Positions 12,280 through 23,400 of a stretch of DNA of 40,263 nt are shown piece after piece. The notes under the pieces are model-generated. The model was given only the letters and a program-made list of their open reading frames with translations. It was not told the DNA's origin and did not search any database. Where the stretch lies: NCBI GenBank assembly GCA_002269645.1, contig NIVC01002280.1, forward strand, positions 1 to 40,263, read 5' to 3'. A program made the translations under genes and the position numbers. The stretch comes from Macrostomum lignano. Its lineage: Eukaryota. Position 1 is the stretch's first letter. Each line of letters begins with the position of its first letter.

Positions 12280-15200
12280 TACTCACGCGTCAACCAGCCT
12301 AGCAACAGTCTGCAGCAGAGCCAAGAAGCCGGAGTCCACCAGCTGATTGAGGGCATCAGTCTGCATGAGTGCATTAAGCAGCAGGGCCACCCAGCCGGCG
12401 CTGGGCAGCTGGCCAAAGTGCACGGTCCTGTTGGCGCCGGTGCCATTGATCAGCGCCAGTTCCCAATCGGCGTCAAACAGTTGGCGCCGAAGTTCGTTTC
12501 CTAGTGCCGCGACAAAGCAGCGAAACTCGTCCGAAAGCTGAAGGCTGACGGTGCGGCCGGCCAGGCTGGGGGTCAGGCGGCCGAGGCTCAGGTCCGGGCC
12601 GCCGTGAGAGGCCAGCCAGCAATGCAGCAGGAAGCAGCGTACCTGGAATATTAGTCAACAGCTCGACATGCATTTTTTGGGCGATTGAGACCCGGTTATT
12701 AAACGGGGACAAAGAGCCGGTTCTTAAACCAGGGGACTAAGACCCGGTTCTTAAACAGGGGACTAAGACCCGGTTCTTAAGCGGGGGACTGAGACCCGAT
12801 TCTTAAACGGGGGACAAAGACCCGATTCTTAAACGGGGACTAAGACCCGATTCTTAAACGGGGGACAAAGACCCGATTCTTAAACGGGGGACTAAGACCC
12901 GACTCTGAAACGGGGGACTAAGACCCGATTCTTAAACGGGGGACAAAGACCCGATTCTTAAACGGGGGACTAAGACCCGATTCTTAAACGGGGGACTAAG
13001 ACCCGATTCTTAAACGGGGGACTAAGACCCGATTCTTAAACGGGAGACTAAGACCCGATTCTTAAACGGGAGACTAAGACCCGATTCTTAAACGGGGGAC
13101 TAAGACCCGATTCTTAAACGGGGGACTAAGACCCGATTCTTAAACGGGGGACTAAGACCCGATTCTTAAACGGGAGACTAAGACCCGATTCTTAAACGGG
13201 GACTAAGACCCGATTCTTAAACGGGGGACTAAGACCCGGTTCTTAAACGGGGGACTAAGACCCGATTCTTAAACGGGGGACTAAGACCCGATTCTTAAAC
13301 GGGGGACTAAGACCCGATTCTTAAACGGGGGACTAAGACCCGATTCTTAAACGGGGGACTAAGACCCGATTCTTAAACGGGAGACTAAGACCCGATTCTT
13401 AAACGGGGGACTAAGACCCGATTCTTAAGCGAGGGACTAAGACCCGATTCTTAAACGGGGGACTAAGACCCGATTCTTAAACGGGGGACTAAGACCCAAT
13501 TCTTAAACGGGAGACTAAGACCCGATTCTTAAACGGGGGACTAAGACCCGATTCTTAAACGGGGGACTAAGACCCGATTCTTAAACGGGGGACTAAGACC
13601 CGATTCTTAAACGGGGGACTAAGACCCGATTCTTAAACGGGGGACTAAGACCCGATTCTTAAACGGGAGACTAAGACCCGATTCTTAAACGGGGGACTAA
13701 GACCCGATTCTTAAACGGGAGACTAAGACCCGATTCTTAAACGGGGGACTAAGACCCGATTCTTAAACGGGGGACTAAGACCCGATTCTTAAGCGGGGGA
13801 CTAAGACCCGATTCTTAAACGGGGGACTAAGACCCGATTCTTAAACGGGGGACTAAGACCCGATTCTTAAACGGGGGACTAAGACCCGATTCTTAAACAG
13901 GGGACTAAGACCCGATTCTTAAACGGGGGACTAAGACCCGATTCTTAAACGGGGGACTAAGACCCGATTCTTAAACGGGAGACTAAGACCCGATTCTTAA
14001 ACGGGGGACTAAGACCCGATTCTTAAACGGGGGACTAAGACCCGATTCTTAAACGGGAGACTAAGACCCGATTCTTAAACGGGGGACTAAGACCCGATTC
14101 TTAAACGGGGGACTAAGACCCGATTCTTAAACGGGGGACTAAGACCCGATTCTTAAACGGGAGACTAAGACCCGATTCTTAAACGGGGGACTAAGACCCG
14201 ATTCTTAAACGGGGGACTAAGACCCGATTCTTAAACGGGGGACTAAGACCCGATTCTTAAACGGGAGACTAAGACCCGATTCTTAAACGGGGGACTAAGA
14301 CCCGATTCTTAAGCGGGGGACTAAGACCCGATTCTTAAGCGGGAGACTAAGACCCGATTTACTGTTAAACCCCACCGCGAACACGCACCGAAGTCAGCAG
14401 CGGAGTCAAGCCGGGGCCAGCCGCATCAGCCTGAGCTGTCTCATCTGAATCGGCAGCTGAGCAGGGCACCAGAGCGAGTCGGAGTCGGCGCAGCACACCA
14501 ACGCGGACTAGGCAGACGTTGGCTGCCTGGGTTAGTCTAGTTCGAGCGTCGGCCGTGTCGAACGGCTCCTGGCCTAGGATGAAGGCCTGCAAGGTGGGTG
14601 CAGAAAAAAAATTACAATAAAGCATAAAGATACTGGCACTCCGCGTCACACCCCAGTGTCAGATACTGGCACTCCCGGACCGTCAGATTCCAATGTCAGA
14701 TACTGGCACTCCCTGACCGTTAGATTCCAATGTCAGATACTGGCACTCCCTGACCGTTAGATTCCAATGTCAGATACTGGCACTCCCTGACCGTCAGATT
14801 CCAATGTCAGATACGGGCACTCCCTGACCGTCAGACCTCAATGTCAGATACTGGCACTCCCGGACCGTCAGACCCCAATGTCAGATACTGGCACTCCCTG
14901 ACCGTCAGACCCCAATGTCAGATACTGGCACTCCCTGACCGTCAGACCCCAATGTCAGATACTGGCACTGACGCAGTCGATGCCATCAACAAACAAGGGC
15001 ACCAACCTGAAGCTTGTCCATCAGTTGGCGATCAACGCCAACGCCTTGCAGACGCCGGCGAAGTCGCGCCATTGATGCGGAATCGCGCAACGCCGAGTAG
15101 ACCGTCGACCAGCGCGCCGACGCGGCCTCCGACTTTGTAGCAGCGGACGAAGTGGCGGACGCCGCGGTTTTCGTGCGAGCAGTCAACAAAGCCGAATCTT

Positions 15201-18200
15201 TCAGAACACCGTCGGCCGCCCGTCGCCAACGATTCGACGCAGACGTCGATGTTGTCGAATCCCGGGATAGAAAGTCGACGGCGCAATCGAAATTCTCCAA
15301 CAGGAAAAGGCAGCGGCGGCGCACAGAGGAGGCGGCCTCCTTGCCGGCCTGTTGGTGCTGGGCCCGGCGCAGCAGCTCCTGTTTCAGTCGGGTCTGCAGG
15401 CGGCACAGGTGCTGGAACGGCACGGAAACGTCTGGCGCAGGCGGCGGCAGCTCGGTGTCGTCAGTTTTTGAGGCCTGGTGCCAGTCTGTGGCGAGTTGCC
15501 TGAAAATTGAAAAAAAATAATATGGAGAAAAACAGGAGAACAAAAATGATGTCGGTAAGTTTCTTTTGAAGTCCTTCGAGCTGAAAGCACAGTAAAAATT
15601 GCTTCTTTTCCCAGTGTGAAAGTAAAATTTCCCAGGAATCCACCCATTTTCTAGGAATCTGCTTGTTTTCTAGTAATTTACCTATTTTTAAGGAATCTAA
15701 ACACTTTCTTGGAATATTGCCATTTTCCAGGAATATTGCGCCATTTCCTAGGAATCTAGAAGTTTTTAAGAATCCAAAGATATTCTACTCGTAGGGATAT
15801 AAAGATTTTCTAGGAATCTTTCCATTTTCGAGGAGTCTACTTATCTTCTAGCTAGGAATCTACTCATTTTCCAGGGATCTAGCCACTTTCTTGGAATCTA
15901 ACCCATTTTCTATGAATCCACGCATTATCTAGGAATCCTACCATTTTCTAGGAATTTACCTATTTTCTAGGAATTCAACCATTTTAGAAATCTTTTTCAT
16001 TTTCAAGGAATGTACCCATTTTCGTGGAATCTACCTATTTTCTTGGAATCTACCCATTTTCTCTGCACTCGGGTTTGCCTGTTTGGGTTGTTTTAATCCC
16101 CGATGGATTCATGGGTCTAAGAGCAACTCAGCGGTTATCGCATCTGACTCTCGCGCCAAAATCCATGGGTTTGATACCGTTACCAGCCACATAAATTTGG
16201 GGCTGTTGTGTACGAACTTTGGTTTTCGTGCTTGTCGTGCGATTTACAACGAAGGCCAACACCCAAGGCACAGTGAAGTGTACATGCCTAACGATAAATA
16301 AAGTTAGGGCCGCTGTACACTCCTGTGTGAGTGTGTGCCTGTGCGTATAACTGCGTACGTATCCGCGCGTTTGTATGCCTGCTCAGGGGAGTCGGCGAAA
16401 TGGGCAGCAATGCCTCTCGCCGGTTGTGTGACAATGTCGCTTAAAGTGCGCCAGGGTGCACACAGCCTCCCTGCCTCTAACACTAATATTAAAGTGTTTC
16501 TAATCTCTCTTATCTAGTGTCTGTAATCCCGGCCTTGTCTATTATCGAGTGTCGTGTCTCAGCTAGTGCCACCCCTCCCCGATCCTTCAGCTGCCACCCC
16601 TCCCCGATCCTTCAGCTGCCACCCCTCCCCGATCCTTCAGCTGCCACCCCTCTCCGATCCTTCAGCTGCCACCCCTCTCCGATCCTTCAGCTGCCACCCC
16701 TCTCTGATCCTTCAGCTGCCACCCCTCTCCGATCCTTCAGCTGCCACCCCTCCCCGATCCTTCAGCTGCCACCCCCTCTCCGATCCTTCAGCTGCCACCC
16801 CCTCTCCGATCCTTCAGCTGCCACCCCCTCCCCGATCCTTCAGCTGCCACCCCCTCCCCGATCCTTCAGCTGCCACCCCCTCCCCGATCCTTCAGCTGCC
16901 ACCCCCTCCCCGATCCTTCAGTTGCCACCCTCCCCGATACCACAGCTGCCACCCCCTCCCCGATCACCTCATACAACAAAACAAAGAACTCACTCTGCAT
17001 AGAATCCCAAGTCCAGCAGCTGCAGCATGGCAGCCATAGCCAGCCGGCAAGCCGCCAGCACCGGATGGTCAGGCGGCAGATCGACAGGCACGTGACAGCC
17101 GGCGGCCCGACTGCAGGAGTCCACCAGGCGGCTGAAACTGGTCAGCAAAGCGGAGCGATGCCGATTGGCTATCAGCAATTTCAACAATCGATTATCGCCA
17201 TGGCAACCGGCAATGCTTTTATCCAAATCTACAACAACAGAGCCGGCCGAGTCATCTGTCATCAGGGTTGATGAAGCCGATTCCGCAGCTTCCTCTTTTT
17301 CCGTGTCCACCAGGCGGCGAGGCTCGGTTCGAGCGCAGCGTAGGACGCATTCTGGCAGACTGTCGAATATGCCGCCAGTGCCTCCAGCCACCGCTGTCTG
17401 GCAGTTTCCAGTCTCGCGAAACAGCGCGGCCAAACTAACTGAGAACAGCATAGCAACGCAGCGTTCGACGTGCAATAGCGGCGATTCGACTTCGCCTATG
17501 GCGGGATCGGAGTTCAAATACTCGCCAATGTAGCAGGCACGCAGGGCCTCCAGAGAGTCGGCTGGGCCGCCCGGCGATGCAGCGGCTAACAGGTGAAAAG
17601 CCTCAGTAGCGTCGCGACCTTTGTGACGCAATAGGCCGCGATAGGCCGACTGGGCCAGGTCGGGTATGAGCAGCAGGTCGTAGACTCGGCCGTTGATGAT
17701 CACCTGTGGGAATTGTGGCGGGTGATTGTGAATGACGATTGTTTAGTTAATACGCGGAAATGTACTTTTATTGCTTCATTTTGTAGACAATTTTTACCAG
17801 ATCCAAAGAAACGGCAGAAACTGCTGGAAAATCTGACCAATAGTAAATCACTAAAGTCTATCTAAAAGTACAATAGAAATACAAGAAAGCTAGTTAAGCA
17901 AAGAGTACATCAAAAACTTCACGAAAAGGCCATCTAAAAGTACACCATCAACGTCAAAGAAAGGCACATTAAAAACTGACCTAAATTTACTCAGAAATTA
18001 CAATACCAAAAAGTTACTCCTAAATAGAGTAGAAACTAAAAAGCATACCTAAAAGTACACCAGAAACTACACAGGAAAGCGGCCTAAAAGTACAAATAAA
18101 AGTACACACACATTCAACCTAAATGTACATCGAAAAGTACACAGAAAAGTTGACCTAAAAGTATAACAAAAAGTACATAGGAAGGCTGACCTAAAAGCAC

Positions 18201-20369
18201 AAACAAAAGTGCAGCAATAAAAGATCGCTCACCCAGCAGCCTCCAAGCAGGTTATGATTATGCACATCCACCGGCCTGATCACCGGCTGCGGCGCCACGC
18301 ATTCCTCCAGATAGCGCCCGTAGGCTGTCGCGCCGGCGGCGGCGCCGCTATCGCCAAAGCTGGGCAAAGCGGCATCTTCGGCGTCCTCGCGCAGCAGATT
18401 GGCGCAGCGCCGGTTCAGCGAGTCCAAGCAGGCCAGCAGCGGCTCAACCAGCAGGCCGATTTCGTACAGGCCGGCGAACTGCTGCCCGCGATTCTCCGCA
18501 ACCAGGCTGGCCAGGCTTAGCAGCAGGTCGGACAGCAGAACGCCGCAACTGCTCCGTTCCAGTAGGCCGACAGCGTAGCGCAGTCGGAGCAGGCCAAATG
18601 CGCGAGCATCGCGATTAGCCGCAATTAATAAATTGCACTGCTGCTGCACTAACACAGTTGTATAAGCCGATAATTGTTGCACTCGAATCGAATCCGCTGG
18701 CGAACGGGACACCTTGCGGATTAGGCAGCGCTGAAGCTCGGATAGCAGGTCTAGCAGGCGGCTCCATCTGTTTTTATTTGTAGAGAGCATTGTTTGCATG
18801 ATGACAGCTACTATAAGTAGACTCAATAGCATTTAACGCAGTATTTCTGTTTAAATTATTAAAATATACGAATATTCGATACTTACTATGGGTCTACGGT
18901 GCCAGCTACAGAAGGGGCGCCAACTACAGGGAGGGGGCGCCAGCTACAGAGGGGGCGCCAGATACAGAGAGGGGGCGCCAACTACAGGGAGAAGGCGCTA
19001 GCTACAAAGGGGGCGCCAGATACAGAGAGGGGGTGCCAGCTACAGAGGAGGCGCCAACTACAGGGAGGGGGCGCCAGATACAGAGAGGGGGCGCCAACTA
19101 CAGGGAGGGGGCGCCAGCTACAGAGGAGGCACCAGATACAGAGAGGGGGCGCCAACTACAGGGAGAAGGCGCTAGCTATAGAGGGGGCGCCAACTACAGG
19201 GAGAAGGCGCTAGCTACAGAGGGGGCGCCAACTACAGGGAGAAGGCACCAGCTACATAGGGCGCCAGCTACAGAGGGGGCACCATTTACAGAGGGGGAAC
19301 CAGGGGGGACAGAGAAGAACATATTTAGGTGTAAAAAAATCTCCCGCAGACAAAACTGCGGCAGAAAACTATTGTGCTTCAATTCACCATTAGTAGTGTG
19401 AATAGGGTTTTACGCTATCTTTTAAGACTTTGAAAGAATCCAATAGAGTATGCCGCATCGCCTACCTCGGCTGCATTGCCGGATCGGCCAGCATTTCGGC
19501 CTCCTCTTTGCACACTACTAACAGTAGGCAACGCAGAAATCTGTCCGCATCAACTCGACTAGACGGCGCTTCAAGCGAAGCCAATAGCCGACGATCGCAG
19601 ATTAGCGAATCAACTAAGAGATTAACAAGGAATTTGTAGCGGGTGTTCGGCTGCTCCATGATGTCGTGCAGGGCCGCCGCTCGTTCAGTCGATGTCGGCA
19701 GAAGGAGACGCCAGGCCTTCTCCAGGCAGGCCTGAGCGCTGCGTTGAATGCCGCCGTAGCCAGCCAGGCCGCCTGTGGCCAGGTGCACTATAGCAGATTT
19801 CAGCTGGGCGGCCGTGTCTGCCGACAGTCTGGAAAGGGGAAGCGACAGAAAAAAATGTTAGAAATGAGAAATCAGCTGATTCTGGTCTTCACTCCGTACC
19901 CACCTCACACTGCACCCACCTCACTCCGCACCCACCTCACTCCGCAAACACCTCACTCCGCACCCACCTCACTCCGCACCCACCTCACTCCGCACCCATC
20001 TCTCTCCACATCCATCCTATTCAACAACAGTATTAAATATACTACACTATTGATATATACTTACCTAAACTTATTAGCAACACAGAGCGACAATTGCAAA
20101 GTTAGCAAATCCAGACAGGCGATGGCCGAGCACTCTCTATCCTGATTGATTGGCGCCGAGTCCGCTGTTAGCTGAGCCAACAGGCTGTACAGCTGGCGCA
20201 GGCATCGGTCAGTCAGTTCAACGCAATACGGCGCAGCCAGACTACGGGGCCGGCAATATCGCCAACAGATAAGAGTCGCGCCGGGGCTCAGCAAAGCTAG
20301 TCCGGCGAATTCGCCGATTGCCAGACGCCAGTCGGGCATTGCAGCTGGTTTCTGCTTCTGCTGCTGCTT

Positions 20370-20406
<37 letters not shown>

Positions 20407-23400
20407 GATTGCTGAGACTGGCCGCCGCTGCCAGCCTCAATCGACGTTTGAGCCTGAGTCTTGTCGCCAATGACTGCCCAGTTCTCCAAGTAGCTGCAAT
20501 AGAGAGAAATGGATAAACCTAAATAAAATAATGGAAGAGGAGTACTAGCACCAGCATTCACGTGCGTAAATCTTACAGGCGAGAGTAAAGAAAACAAAAA
20601 AATAAGTGAACCTTGATTTGTGATATGCCGCTGAAAGAGGGCGGATGAACAATGGCGAGAAAGAATACGACAGACGGAAGACGAAAGAAGGCGGATAAAG
20701 AAGGCGAAAGAGGCCAGAGAGAAGGCGAAAGAGACCAGAGAGAAGCCGAAAGAGACCAGAGAGAAGCCGAAAGATACCAGAGAGAAGTGAGGTACGAAGT
20801 GAGGTACGAGAGAAGCCGAAAGATACCCGAGAGAAGGCGAAAGAGACCAGAGAGAAGCCGAAAGATACCAGAGAGAAGTGAGGTACGAAGTGAGGTACGA
20901 GAGAAGCCGAAAGATACCCGAGAGAAGGCGAAAGAGACCAGAGAGAAGCCGAAAGATACCAGAGAGAAGCCGAAAGATACCAGAGAGAAGTGAGGTACGA
21001 AGTGAGGTACGAGAGAAGGCGAAAGATACCAGAGAGAAGCCGAAAGATACCAGAGAGAAGGCGAAAGAGGCCAGAGAGAAGGCGAAAGATACCAGAGAGA
21101 AGGCGAAAGATACCAGAGAGAAGCCGAAAGATACCAGAGAGAAGCCGAAAGATACCAGAGAGAAGTGAGGTACGAAGTGAGGTACGAGAGAAGCCGAAAG
21201 ATACCCGAGAGAAGGCGAAAGAGACCAGAGAGAAGCCGAAAGATACCAGAGAGAAGCCGAAAGATACCAGAGAGAAGTGAGGTACGAAGTGAGGTACGAG
21301 AGAAGGCGAAAGATACCAGAGAGAAGCCGAAAGATACCAGAGAGAAGGCGAAAGAGGCCAGAGAGAAGGCGAAAGATACCAGAGAGAAGGCGAAAGATAC
21401 CAGAGAGAAGCCGAAAGATACCAGAGAGAAGCCGAAAGATACCAGAGAGAAGCCGAAAGATACCAGAACCAGAGAGAAGGCGAAAGAGGCCAGAGAGAAG
21501 GCGAAAGAGGCCAGAGAGAAGGCGAAAGAGGCCAGAGAGAAGGCAAAAGAGGCCAGAGAGAAGGCGAAAGAGGCCAGAGAGAAGGCGAAAGAGACCAGAG
21601 AGAAGGCGAAAGAGGCCAGAGAGAAGCCGAAAGAGGCCAGAGAGAAGGCGAAAGAGGCCAGAGAGAAGGCGAAAGAGACCAGAGAGAAGGCGAAAGAGCC
21701 CAGAGAGAAGGCGAAAGAGGCCAGAGAGAAGGCGAAAGAGACCAGAGAGAAGGCGAAAGAGGCCAGAGAGAAGGCGAAAGAGGCCAGAGAGAAGGCGAAA
21801 GAGGCCAGAGAGAAGGCGAAAGAGGCCAGAGAGAAGGCGAAAGAGGCCAGAGAGAAGGCGAAAGAGGCCAGAGAGAAGGCGAAAGAGACCAGAGAGAAGG
21901 CGAAAGAGGCCAGAGAGAAGGCGAAAGAGGCCAGAGAGAAGGCGAAAGAGGCCAGAGAGAAAGAGGTCGCATCCAGCATTCAGTCAAATAACAAAAAAAT
22001 CGAACCTATTCCAAGTAATGGAGCCATTTGCATTCAAGTCCATCCCGCTGTTATCAATGGCGCCGCTATCGTCGCTGCAGAAGGCGTACAGCGGTCCGTC
22101 GCAGCCTAAATACAGACCGGACACTTGGGCAGTTGTGTACACACGAACAAAGACCTGCTGGTGCTGCTGTTGCGGTCCTCCATTAGAGCAGCAAGTTGCT
22201 CCGGCTCGACAATTCTCATTATAGGAATACACTTACGACTGCGAGTCAATGCAAAATAGCTGGCATCGCTGACCACTAGGCGGGTGATCTGCTCACCCTC
22301 CGGCGCGGCTAGGGTCAGGGCCAACAGGCTGGACCCGCCGCTTCCGCTGCTGGTTTTCAATCGTAGCCGATGCCGACACGATTCGGCGTGGTTGAAATGC
22401 CACACGCTGACGCTAGCGGCGCTGTACCGGACTGTGCGATCCGAGTCGCCGCAGGCCAGCTGGTCGCCTGGCCGGATCTCGCGGGGTAGCAGCGTCATAT
22501 CTGGTGTCAGCTGGAATTTTGGTGAGTTACTCTCGGTGTGACCTGCTGGCTTAGCTACCGCTCTCAGTGTGACCTGCTGGCTTAGCTACCGCTCTCAGTG
22601 TGACCTGCTGGCTTTGCTACCGCTCTCAGTGTGACCTGATGGCTTTGCTACCGCTCTCAGTGTGACCTGATGGCTTTGCTACCGCTCTCAGTGTGACCTG
22701 CTGGCTTTGCTACCGCTCTCAGTGTGACCTGATGGCTTTGCTACCGCTCTCAGTGTGACCTGATGGCTTTGCTACCGCTCTCAGTGTGACCTGATGGCTT
22801 AGCTACCGCTCTCAGTGTGACCCGAAGCTCTGGCAGCTCACCCTTGACTCCGGCGTCAGCGGCAGCGTCACTTTGCAGGGCTCGGCGGTGGCGCTCTTCA
22901 ACACGAAGGCGGCGTGCCTGGAGCCGCACACCAGCCCGGAGACGGCGGCACCAACGCCGAGTCCACCAGCAGCCACCGGCGGCCAGCCATCAATTCTGAC
23001 GGCCTCGGCGTTGCGCCCGGAGCTGGCATCCAGGACCAGAAGCCGGCGGCCGCCCCGGCAAGCCAGCACCAGCCGGTGGCCTCTCTCGTACGCCGCAATG
23101 TCGACTACATCTGGCTCGGCGATGCGCTTAGCCGGCGAGTCCAAGCTGGTGTACACTAGCACGCCTACTCCCGGCTGCAGCAGTGCCACAAAATCTGACC
23201 CGGCAACCACTTTGGAGATGCGCGGCGTTGGCGCTTGCAATCGGCGAATAAGTCGACCAGTAGCCGCGTACTGCATAAGGGTTAGCCGGTCCTCGCCTTC
23301 GCCTCCGCTATCCGCCGAGTCCACGAAATTCTCCGGTATAATATCGAGGCCAGAAGCTGAGCCGGGCCCGGCCGATTCGTCCCGATAGCGTCCGGCTGGA

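Noticed and set aside
16994-17703. Functional heme-binding cytochrome b5 domain
   Set aside because: The HPGG motif is absent; as I recall, the b5-like domain of HERC2 also lacks it, so this is not novel.
20545-22224. 300-480-aa ORFs, including a coiled-coil-like (REKAKEA)n
   Set aside because: The 21-bp repeat lacks stops in several frames on both strands; it lies in HERC2 intron 4 and overlaps exon 4 antisense.
22230-22240. GTAAGT as a donor ending exon 4 early
   Set aside because: The downstream sequence still reads as an RCC1-like repeat in the -1 frame and reaches a phase-compatible donor at 22006.
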